A DNA stretch of 60,900 bases from positions 1-60,900 of IMG/VR virus record IMGVR_UViG_3300031569_000004. One strand, 5' to 3'. A program made the position numbers and the translations under genes. Positions 39,783 to 47,643 of the stretch are shown piece after piece (within the stretch, counting starts at the first letter, position 1; each line of letters starts with the position of its first letter). The notes under the pieces are model-generated. The model made no database searches. It saw only the letters and a list, made by a program, of their open reading frames with translations, and was not told where the DNA came from. Origin of the DNA: a virus. Taxonomy: Duplodnaviria > Caudoviricetes.

Positions 39783-39809
39783 AATAGCACCTCCGGGTGC
39801 TATTTTTTT
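39783..39809 (+). terminator. Rho-independent terminator
   Basis: AATAGCACC-TCCG-GGTGCTATT plus T-tract. Confidence 0.88.
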
Positions 39810-39823
39810 GGGTAAATAATAGT

Positions 39824-41413
39824 ATGGCAAAATCACTTGACGGTGTGCAAATTAAGAAAGCGCACCAAAATGTAAAATACACAATAGAAGAAGTAAAGCA
39901 TCTAGAAGCATGTATGGATCCTATTACAGGTCCATTATATTTTTGCGAAAACTTTCTTAAGATTCAACATCCTGTTAGAGGATCGTTAAAGTTTGAACCT
40001 TACGGATTTCAAAGAGAACTAATTCAAGCATACGCTGAAAACAGATATTGTGTTGCTATGTTACCTAGACAGATGGGTAAAACAACATGTGCATCTGGTT
40101 ATCTATTATGGTATACACAGTTTGTTCCTGAGGCACAAGTCCTTATTGCTGCACACAAGTACACAGGTGCGCAAGATATTATGAACAGATATAGATTTGG
40201 GTACGAAAATTTACCTGACTTTATTCGTGCTGGAATATACACATACAACAGAAACACAATTGAATACGATAACGGAAGTAGAATACAAGCAACAACTACT
40301 ACAGAAGATTCTGGACGTGGTAAATCACTTTCATTAATTTACTGTGATGAGTTTGCGTTTGTGCAACCTCCTGAAAAAGCCAAAGAGTTTTGGACTGCAC
40401 TGTCACCTACACTTTCAACAGGTGGTAAAGCTATTGTTACAAGTACACCAAACTCAGATGAAGATCAGTTTGCTATGATTTGGGCTGAAGCTAATAAAAA
40501 ATTCGATGATCACGGTAATGACTTAACAGTAGGAACTAACGGATTCTTTCCTTACTTTGCACCGTGGACTGAACATCCAGACAGAGATGAAGCATGGGCA
40601 GCACAAGAGAAAGCAAAGATTGGAGAAGAACGTTTCCGTCGTGAGTTTGATTGTGAATTCTTAATCTTTGATGAAACACTTATCAACAGTGTTAAACTTA
40701 TAGAACTGGAAGGCAAAGAACCTATAGTAAACATGGGGCAAACACGCTGGTACAAAAAGATTGATCCAAAAGCAACATTCCTTATAAGTATGGATCCAAG
40801 TTTAGGTACAGGTGGCGACTACGGTGCTATTCAAATATTTGAAATGCCGTCAATGACACAAGTTGGAGAGTGGAGACACAACCTAACTCCTATACAACAG
40901 CAGGTAAGAGTACTTAGAGAAATTTTACAATACATTCATGAACAGTGTGAAGAAAAAGGCAGTCCAAACCCAACTATCTATTATAGTGTTGAGAACAATA
41001 CAATTGGTGAAGCAGCACTAGTAGTTATTTCTGACATTGGAGAGGAAAACTTTAGAGGGTTATTCCTAAGCGAACCAATTAGAAAAGGGCATGTAAGACG
41101 CTATAGAAAAGGCTTTAATACAACACATAAAACAAAGATTACTGCGTGTAGTAGCTTTAAAAACTTACTAGAAAAAGGTAAAATGACGGTATACAGTAAA
41201 CCGTTAATATCAGAACTTAAGACATTTGTAGCACACGGAGTTGGGTACGGTGCTAAAACAGGTGAACACGATGACCTTGTGTCCGCAGTACTTTTAATTG
41301 TACGCATGGCAAATGTGTTATCTGACTGGGATCCTAAGATATACGAAAAAATGACCGAAAGAATGACCGAAGATCAGTTCCCAATGCCGATCTTCATTAG
41401 CACAGGATATTGA
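39824..41413 (+). CDS. Terminase large subunit (T4 gp17-like)
   Basis: PRQMGKTT Walker A, YCDEFAF Walker B, TSTPN, FRREFDCEF, MDPSLG..D, HDDLV; start moved to ATG 39824. Confidence 0.95.
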   Translation: MAKSLDGVQIKKAHQNVKYTIEEVKHLEACMDPITGPLYFCENFLKIQHPVRGSLKFEPYGFQRELIQAYAENRYCVAMLPRQMGKTTCASGYLLWYTQFVPEAQVLIAAHKYTGAQDIMNRYRFGYENLPDFIRAGIYTYNRNTIEYDNGSRIQATTTTEDSGRGKSLSLIYCDEFAFVQPPEKAKEFWTALSPTLSTGGKAIVTSTPNSDEDQFAMIWAEANKKFDDHGNDLTVGTNGFFPYFAPWTEHPDRDEAWAAQEKAKIGEERFRREFDCEFLIFDETLINSVKLIELEGKEPIVNMGQTRWYKKIDPKATFLISMDPSLGTGGDYGAIQIFEMPSMTQVGEWRHNLTPIQQQVRVLREILQYIHEQCEEKGSPNPTIYYSVENNTIGEAALVVISDIGEENFRGLFLSEPIRKGHVRRYRKGFNTTHKTKITACSSFKNLLEKGKMTVYSKPLISELKTFVAHGVGYGAKTGEHDDLVSAVLLIVRMANVLSDWDPKIYEKMTERMTEDQFPMPIFISTGY

Positions 41414-41424
41414 TAAATAGTTAT

Positions 41425-43938
41425 ATGGATGCAACGAATAACATAGCAACTGATCTATTCTACAAAATTAGAAGTAGATTTAAAGGTTTAAAATTAGGCG
41501 ATGATGCTGGGTCAATTACAATTAATCCAGAAGACGCTCGCTTCTTTGATTTTGATTACAACGAAGGTGATAAAAACATCGGGCATGTAAGTATTAGTTT
41601 GGCAGAACCAAACTCAATGAAGGTATACTTTTCAAATGGTATTACTGAAGGTATGGATGGTGATCAAAAAGATAACTGGTTTGGCTTCCTAAAAGAATTA
41701 AGAAAATTTAGTAAAAGACGAATGTTAGCATTTGATACAAGAGACATTTCTAAAGACAATTTAGATCAAAGAGATTATGCGTTTTTAAGTCAGCACACAT
41801 CACCAAAAGCTGATAATAATACAATAGTAAAACCAGTCGGAGAGAGTACAATGAATGAGAGTAACCTATACGGTACTAAAAAACAAAGTTTCCAAAAATT
41901 GGAAGATACAAGATTAATCATTAAGCACAGTAAGACACTTGCTGATGATACAGAGCAAAAACCCGGCGACAGGTCAAGAAATATTGGAGCGTTGTTTGTT
42001 GAAAACTCACAAGGCGAAAGATTTAAATATCCCTTTATTCACTTAGCTGGCGCTAGAGCAATGCAAAGACACGTTGCAAATGGCGGTGCTCCATATGATG
42101 AAATTGGTGAAAGCATTATTAAAATGAGTGAAGAAATTGCTCAACTAAAAAGTTTCACAGGCTATGTTGTACGTAACGACTTAATGAACTCCGACACTAA
42201 TTCTGTTGTTGAACGTAGCAAAGGCCAACTTGATGCTTTAAGAGAACGAGTTGCTAAAATAGCTAAACAAGCACACTACGAAAATTATATATCTGAATTC
42301 CAAGCACCAGAAGCATTTGATGTTCCGGACGAAGTTATGGAACAGTTTAAAGATCAATTTACTGTACGCAATTTTAAAGAAGATTTAGCATCAGTATTTC
42401 CAGTACTATACAGGTTAATGAAAGAAGATGAAATTATAGGCTATGACGACATAGTCGAAATGTCAGGCAGTGAAGAATCAAACTACCATTGTAAAGATTG
42501 TGGAGACACAATGCACAAACCTACTTCTGATTGCTCACATGATTCACATGATGAAAAAGGCAGTCATTGGATTGATGACAACGGTAATGGTATTAACGAT
42601 GTAGATGAATCATCCGATCCGATGGCAGCATTTGAAGCTTGGGCGATGGGTTTAGGTGAAGATTCGCCAATTCAATCAGGCAGCGACGAAGAAATTAAAG
42701 AAGCAGTGTCTAGTTTAAGTGAACTAGTTAACTCAGAGTTTCCAGCAGGCATGGGCGGAATTAACGCTATTGAAAGTTTAAAAGGTATTATCCAAGATGG
42801 TACATTGTTTAATGAGATTAAAGAACAGGCTAAACAAGATCCAAACGCAGATTGTCGTCCATTAATTAAAGCATGGGTTCAAGAGAATGCACCAGAAGTA
42901 TTAGAAGACCTAGACTTTGGTGACATGGTAGACGAACCAGCCATGGAAGATGCATTTGATAAGGCAGATAGAATTACAGATCCAGAAGAACTTAATTTAT
43001 ATGGTCCAGAAGACATAGAAAATAATAGTAAACTGAGTGCAGAAGAACTTAAAGACGAGCTAGAAGGCTCTATCTATCATTTAATGGATAAAGCCAGTGA
43101 TGATTTTACTGACAATGATCATATTGTAGATGAATTGGGAGACCACTTTGCCAACATGCATCTTAAAGCCGACGATAAAACATTAAGTTGTTATTCAGCA
43201 ATAAGAGATTTGATAGATGCAGATCCATCAGACGTTTATGAAACAGGTAAGAAATGTCTTAAAATATTAGGCGCTCAAGAACATGAAGATAATATTCGTG
43301 GCAACAAAGGACCAAGAGGCCGTCCAGCCGCAGATGCTTATGCTGGTGGAATGGAATCACAACAAGAAGGGTTTATGCCAGAAGAGATAGAAGGCAAAAC
43401 TGATTTTGAATTTACTGGCGATGACGGCGAAGTAGGTCCGGGTATATTATACTATAAAGCAAAAATTGAACAAACAGAAGAAGGTGGCTACAAAGCAATT
43501 ATTGATCCTAAAAGTTTAAGAGGCGAAGCAGATCCAATGGATGCCCCTAATGCTAAAGTTGATGACGATATGGCAACATATGTTATCCAACCAGGTGAGA
43601 TTGATCACGAAGGCGCATTAGATGTTGCTCAAATGGATGCTGATGAACGAATTGAAAATGCTGACACAAACGAAGGCAACGGACACAAAGAACAGGAATC
43701 TAAAAATAAGTTAAACGTAACAGAAGTAGCTAACTTTATCCTGTCAATGTATGACAGACAAGCTGGTACATTCCCTAAAGGCCCAGAAGGTGTTGCTACT
43801 ATGGTAGGCAAGAAGTTTGGTGAACAAGCAGAAATGGTTGCTCGCAAAATGGTAGAACGTATGGCACCTGCACAAGAACACGGTGCAGAAGAACTTGCTG
43901 AGTTAGAAAGAATCAAAACTCTTTCAGGCGCTTACTAA
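41425..43938 (+). CDS. Large acidic hypothetical protein
   Basis: Long ORF; GERFKYPF.HL.GARAM.RHV core; Cys/His insert; LERIKTLSG C-terminus; TAAATA-N5-ATG at 41425. Confidence 0.7.
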   Translation: MDATNNIATDLFYKIRSRFKGLKLGDDAGSITINPEDARFFDFDYNEGDKNIGHVSISLAEPNSMKVYFSNGITEGMDGDQKDNWFGFLKELRKFSKRRMLAFDTRDISKDNLDQRDYAFLSQHTSPKADNNTIVKPVGESTMNESNLYGTKKQSFQKLEDTRLIIKHSKTLADDTEQKPGDRSRNIGALFVENSQGERFKYPFIHLAGARAMQRHVANGGAPYDEIGESIIKMSEEIAQLKSFTGYVVRNDLMNSDTNSVVERSKGQLDALRERVAKIAKQAHYENYISEFQAPEAFDVPDEVMEQFKDQFTVRNFKEDLASVFPVLYRLMKEDEIIGYDDIVEMSGSEESNYHCKDCGDTMHKPTSDCSHDSHDEKGSHWIDDNGNGINDVDESSDPMAAFEAWAMGLGEDSPIQSGSDEEIKEAVSSLSELVNSEFPAGMGGINAIESLKGIIQDGTLFNEIKEQAKQDPNADCRPLIKAWVQENAPEVLEDLDFGDMVDEPAMEDAFDKADRITDPEELNLYGPEDIENNSKLSAEELKDELEGSIYHLMDKASDDFTDNDHIVDELGDHFANMHLKADDKTLSCYSAIRDLIDADPSDVYETGKKCLKILGAQEHEDNIRGNKGPRGRPAADAYAGGMESQQEGFMPEEIEGKTDFEFTGDDGEVGPGILYYKAKIEQTEEGGYKAIIDPKSLRGEADPMDAPNAKVDDDMATYVIQPGEIDHEGALDVAQMDADERIENADTNEGNGHKEQESKNKLNVTEVANFILSMYDRQAGTFPKGPEGVATMVGKKFGEQAEMVARKMVERMAPAQEHGAEELAELERIKTLSGAY

Positions 43939-43973
43939 AAGACGTAAATAACACTTATAAAAATGGAGAAATT

Positions 43974-44159
43974 ATGATTAATTTTATTAAGAAGATATTT
44001 GGTATGGATACTGCACCTGTTGTAGTAGAAGAAGCAAAAGTAATCGAACCTGTAATTACTGAAGTTAAAAAAGCTACTGCTAAAAAAGCTACTGCTAAAA
44101 AAGCTACTGCTAAAAAAACTACTGCTAAAAAGCCTGCCGCTAAGAAAACTAAGAAGTAA
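43974..44159 (+). CDS. Small protein with histone H1/AlgP-like Lys-Ala tail
   Basis: GGAG RBS; KKATA x3, KKTTA, KKPAA; terminator follows. Confidence 0.75.
   Translation: MINFIKKIFGMDTAPVVVEEAKVIEPVITEVKKATAKKATAKKATAKKTTAKKPAAKKTKK
44067..44141 (+). repeat. 15-bp tandem repeat AAAAAAGCTACTGCT (3 perfect + 2 degenerate)
   Basis: Read directly; encodes the KKATA repeats. Confidence 0.95.
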
Positions 44160-44178
44160 CTGAGCTAGGCTCAAAACT

Positions 44179-44214
44179 AAAAAGGGTTGCTTTACAGTAG
44201 AGCAACCTTTTTTT
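44179..44214 (+). terminator. Rho-independent terminator, possibly bidirectional
   Basis: A-tract, GGTTGCT/AGCAACC stem, T7. Confidence 0.88.
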
Positions 44215-44229
44215 ATGACTAAATATTAC

Positions 44230-44276
44230 ACGTTCATCCTATCAAGGACGGAAGTAGCATAACGCGAAGGAACGCA
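44230..44276 (+). ncRNA. glnA-type (class I) glutamine riboswitch
   Basis: P1 CGTTC/GAACG, P2 TCCT/AGGA, junction CGGAAGTA, short P3, GAAGGAACGC; matches the glnA motif as recalled; TAAATA box at 44220-44225. Confidence 0.82.
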
Positions 44277-44300
44277 CCTAACTTTAAAAAGGAGGGTGTT

Positions 44301-44405
44301 ATGGAACTATGGAACCAATATTGCTGGAAGATAGCAGTTCGAGACCATAGACGTAAGCAGATATTAAAACGCTTATGGCTACGTTCAATCAACATATACA
44401 TTTAA
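44301..44405 (+). CDS. 34-aa basic peptide downstream of riboswitch (MELWNQYCWKIAVRDHRRKQILKRLWLRSINIYI)
   Basis: AAGGAGG RBS right after the aptamer; open frame to TAA 44403-44405. Confidence 0.7.
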   Translation: MELWNQYCWKIAVRDHRRKQILKRLWLRSINIYI

Positions 44406-44489
44406 TGATTTTACGTATGACTTCTGCTCTAAAATATGTTTAAATACTAGTGCAGTACAATTTTTAAACTTAATTAAGGAGTACAAGTT

Positions 44490-44561
44490 ATGTGGACAAA
44501 ACCAGAATACACAGAAATGCGTTTTGGGTTTGAAGTAACAATGTATGTATTAAACAAGTAA
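44490..44561 (+). CDS. pqqA: Pyrroloquinoline quinone precursor peptide PqqA (MWTKPEYTEMRFGFEVTMYVLNK)
   Basis: 23 aa; W-x-K-P...R-x-G-F-E-V-T-M-Y with the Glu-X3-Tyr pair; AAGGAG RBS 44476-44481; TAAATA 44441-44446; terminator after. Confidence 0.95.
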   Translation: MWTKPEYTEMRFGFEVTMYVLNK

Positions 44562-44574
44562 CAATGCAGTAATT

Positions 44575-44604
44575 AGGAAGGAGGCTTTTGTCTCCTTTCT
44601 TTTT
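44575..44604 (+). terminator. Terminator after pqqA
   Basis: AGGAAGGAGGC-TTTT-GTCTCCTTTCT stem with G-U pairs plus T-tract. Confidence 0.7.
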
Positions 44605-44638
44605 GGCTAAACTGATTCACTTTTGTACAAATTAACTG

Positions 44639-44667
44639 TTGACAAGATAAATATATGAGTGCATAAT
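44639..44667 (+). promoter_or_regulatory. sigma70 promoter for ssb operon with embedded late box
   Basis: TTGACA-17 bp-CATAAT; TAAATA at 44648-44653 in the spacer. Confidence 0.7.
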
Positions 44668-44732
44668 AGTATATGTGCATTAAGGCATAAACAAAGTAAG
44701 ATAACCATAAAGGCTATAGGAGGCATTATAAA

Positions 44733-45740
44733 ATGGCATCACTCGCAGAAATCCGCGCTAAACTTCAAGAAGGCGCAAACAAAGCATCCGGTGGAAACAC
44801 TGGCGGCGACAACGCAATTTACCCACATTGGAATATGGCAGAAGGCAAAGAATCGGTATTACGATTCCTACCTGACGCTGACAATTCTAACACGTTCTTT
44901 TGGGCAGAACGTGCTATGATTAAACTTCCGTTTGCTGGAGTAAAAGGCGAATCTGACTCACGTCAGGTTATTGTACAAGTTCCGTGTATGGAAATGTACA
45001 ACGATGGTACACCGTGTCCGATCTTAACAGAAGTTCGTCCATGGTTCAAAGACAAATCATTAGAAGATATGGGACGTAAGTATTGGAAAAAACGTTCATA
45101 TGTATTCCAAGGTTTTGTAGTTGAAGACCCGTTAAACGAAGACAAGGCTCCGGAAAACCCAATCCGTAGATTTATTATTGGACCACAGATCTTCCAGATC
45201 ATTAAAGGTGCATTAATGGATCCTGAGTTAGAAGAACTGCCAACAGACTATATGCGTGGCGTTGACTTTAGAATTAAGAAAACTTCTAAAGGTGGCTATG
45301 CAGACTATTCTACATCAAACTGGTCACGTAAAGAACGTGCATTAGAAGATGTTGAAAAGGCAGCTATTGATACACACGGGTTGTTTAACATGTCAGATTT
45401 CCTTCCAAAGAAACCAGGCGAAGTTGAACTGAAGGTAATGAAAGAGATGTTTGAAGCGTCAGTAGACGGTGAAGCATACGATATGGATCGTTGGGGTCAA
45501 TACTTTAAGCCAGCTGGCATGAGTCAGAACACTGGTGATCCTAACAAAAAATATACACCACCTACAGCATCAACACCTGCGCCAGCGGCGGCACCTGCTC
45601 CAGTAGCAGCGGCAGCACCTGCTCCAACACCAACACCAGAGGCAGCACCTGCAACAGCAGAAGCGGCACCTGCAGATGACGGTGCTAATAGAGCGCAAGA
45701 TATTCTTGCAATGATTAGAAGCAGAAACGGCAACAGCTAA
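44733..45740 (+). CDS. Single-stranded DNA-binding protein (T4 gp32-like)
   Basis: LRFLPD, PC..Y...CP, YWKKRSY, DFRIKK..GGYADYSTS, Ala/Pro linker; AGGAGG RBS. Confidence 0.88.
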   Translation: MASLAEIRAKLQEGANKASGGNTGGDNAIYPHWNMAEGKESVLRFLPDADNSNTFFWAERAMIKLPFAGVKGESDSRQVIVQVPCMEMYNDGTPCPILTEVRPWFKDKSLEDMGRKYWKKRSYVFQGFVVEDPLNEDKAPENPIRRFIIGPQIFQIIKGALMDPELEELPTDYMRGVDFRIKKTSKGGYADYSTSNWSRKERALEDVEKAAIDTHGLFNMSDFLPKKPGEVELKVMKEMFEASVDGEAYDMDRWGQYFKPAGMSQNTGDPNKKYTPPTASTPAPAAAPAPVAAAAPAPTPTPEAAPATAEAAPADDGANRAQDILAMIRSRNGNS

Positions 45741-45811
45741 TTTAATACGTGCGGGATATTTACATTCGACTATCCCGCACTATTACTTTAATCTAACGAG
45801 AGGAAATATAT

Positions 45812-46888
45812 ATGGCGAAAGCATTTGACGTAAGTAAATTTAGAAAGACAATTACTAAGAGCATTTCTGGTCTTGGCATTGGCTTTAACGACCCAACTGA
45901 TTGGGTTAGCACAGGCAACTTTGCACTGAACTATCTTGTTAGTGGAGACTTTAATAAAGGAGTTCCGCTAGGTAAAGTAACAGTGTTTGCCGGAGAATCG
46001 GGTAGTGGTAAGAGTTATTTTTGTTCAGCAAACATTGTAAAGTCTGCTCAAGAACAAGGTATCTTTGTAGTACTAATTGATTCAGAAAACGCACTTGACG
46101 AAGCATGGTTACATGCATTAGGTGTAGACACTTCAGAAGAAGCACTTCTTAAACTAAACATGTCCATGATTGATGATGTTGCTAAAACAGTATCTGAGTT
46201 CATGAAAGAATACAAAGAAATGCCAGAAGAAGAACGTCCTAAAGTGTTAATTGTAATTGATAGCTTAGGTATGTTACTAACACCTACTGATGTTGATCAA
46301 TTTCAAGCTGGTAATATGAAAGGTGATATGGGTCGTAAGCCTAAGGCATTGACTTCACTTGTTCGTAACACCGTTAACATGATTGGTAGTTACAATGTAG
46401 GTATGGTGTGTACTAACCACACTTATGCATCACAAGACATGTTTGACCCTGATGATAAGATCAGTGGCGGACAAGGGTTTGTATATGCATCTAGTATTGT
46501 AGTTGCTATGAAGAAACTTAAACTTAAAGAAGACGAAGACGGAAATAAAACTACTACTGTACAAGGTATTAGAGCAGCGTGTAAAGTAATGAAAACACGT
46601 TACGCAAAACCGTTTGAAAGTGTTCAAGTTAAGATTCCGTATGAAACAGGTATGAATCCTTATTCAGGACTTGTTGAGTTGTTTGAAGCAAAAGGTCTTC
46701 TTAAGAAATCAGGTAATAGACTTGAGTATACTAGCCCACTAACAGGCGAAGTTATGCTAGAGTATCGTAAGCAATGGGTTGGAGAAAAACTTGATGTGGT
46801 TATGAATGATATTATAAATACACCTGTACAGGTTGAACCAATTGTAGATAACGTTGAGTTTGAGCTGGAAGAACAACCAACTGAATAA
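45812..46888 (+). CDS. uvsX: RecA-like recombinase UvsX
   Basis: GESGSGKS Walker A, IDSENA, IVIDSLG, NHTY, SGGQG. Confidence 0.92.
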   Translation: MAKAFDVSKFRKTITKSISGLGIGFNDPTDWVSTGNFALNYLVSGDFNKGVPLGKVTVFAGESGSGKSYFCSANIVKSAQEQGIFVVLIDSENALDEAWLHALGVDTSEEALLKLNMSMIDDVAKTVSEFMKEYKEMPEEERPKVLIVIDSLGMLLTPTDVDQFQAGNMKGDMGRKPKALTSLVRNTVNMIGSYNVGMVCTNHTYASQDMFDPDDKISGGQGFVYASSIVVAMKKLKLKEDEDGNKTTTVQGIRAACKVMKTRYAKPFESVQVKIPYETGMNPYSGLVELFEAKGLLKKSGNRLEYTSPLTGEVMLEYRKQWVGEKLDVVMNDIINTPVQVEPIVDNVEFELEEQPTE

Positions 46889-46903
46889 TGGAGATTATAG
46901 CTT

Positions 46904-47152
46904 ATGGGATCTGACCTAATTGCTGATATTTGGAACGCTGTATCAGAACATATACCTGATAAAGATAAACAGGAAGTAGCAAAAACTTTTATTACTACTC
47001 TTGTAGATCATGGAGTATCTGAAGTTACTATCAACGAGCTTTTTGGCGTTGATACATTTTTAGATACTGCTATCGAGTATGCCACTGACGAAGACGACAG
47101 TGAAGCATATGATGAAGATGTTGAAGATGCAGTTTGGGATGACGAGGATTAA
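46904..47152 (+). CDS. Small acidic hypothetical protein
   Basis: GGAG RBS; between uvsX and uvsY; Asp/Glu-rich tail. Confidence 0.65.
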   Translation: MGSDLIADIWNAVSEHIPDKDKQEVAKTFITTLVDHGVSEVTINELFGVDTFLDTAIEYATDEDDSEAYDEDVEDAVWDDED

Positions 47153-47608
47153 ATGAATTGGTACGATAGAGTTTCTAAAGATATTTCGAACATTCCTGCC
47201 GCAGTGCAGTACTATGAGGGTGAAATTCTTTTAGCAAAAAAAGAAACAAACGTTCATGGTAGTATTGAGCAGGCGGCAGCTAGAATGCCAGGCATTGTAG
47301 AAACTAGATTCGGCCAGTTACAAGAGATCGAAGCAATACTCGAATACTTAAATATCGAACTTCGCCGTTTACGAAGTCAACATTTTAGAAAATATGTTGA
47401 AAACTATCAGCGTCAACTTAGCTCACGAGATGCTGATAAATTTGTAGACGGCGAAGCCGATGTTGTTGATTTTGAGAAAATTATCAACGATTTTGCACTA
47501 TTACGCAATAAGTGGCTAGGCATTATTAAAGGCTTAGACATTAAACAATGGCAACTTTCAAACATTGTTAAGCTCAGAACAGCTGGGCTAGATGACGCAT
47601 CCATATAA
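47153..47608 (+). CDS. uvsY: Recombination mediator UvsY-like
   Basis: Helical; KYVENY..LSSRD..KFVDGE..IIKGLD.K.WQLSNIVKLR. Confidence 0.75.
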   Translation: MNWYDRVSKDISNIPAAVQYYEGEILLAKKETNVHGSIEQAAARMPGIVETRFGQLQEIEAILEYLNIELRRLRSQHFRKYVENYQRQLSSRDADKFVDGEADVVDFEKIINDFALLRNKWLGIIKGLDIKQWQLSNIVKLRTAGLDDASI

Positions 47609-47630
47609 TTTTACTGAGATAAACTGCGCA

Positions 47631-47638
47631 TATAAATA
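47631..47638 (+). promoter_or_regulatory. T4-type late promoter heading the glycosylation cluster
   Basis: Exact TATAAATA, 5 nt before ATG 47644. Confidence 0.8.
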
Positions 47639-47643
47639 CTAGT

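Noticed and set aside
44067-44141. CRISPR-like mini-array
   Set aside because: Repeats are contiguous 15-mers with no spacers and encode KKATA in frame
44659-44919. 86-aa ORF overlapping the ssb start
   Set aside because: Starts inside the promoter, no RBS, out of frame with a well-supported gene
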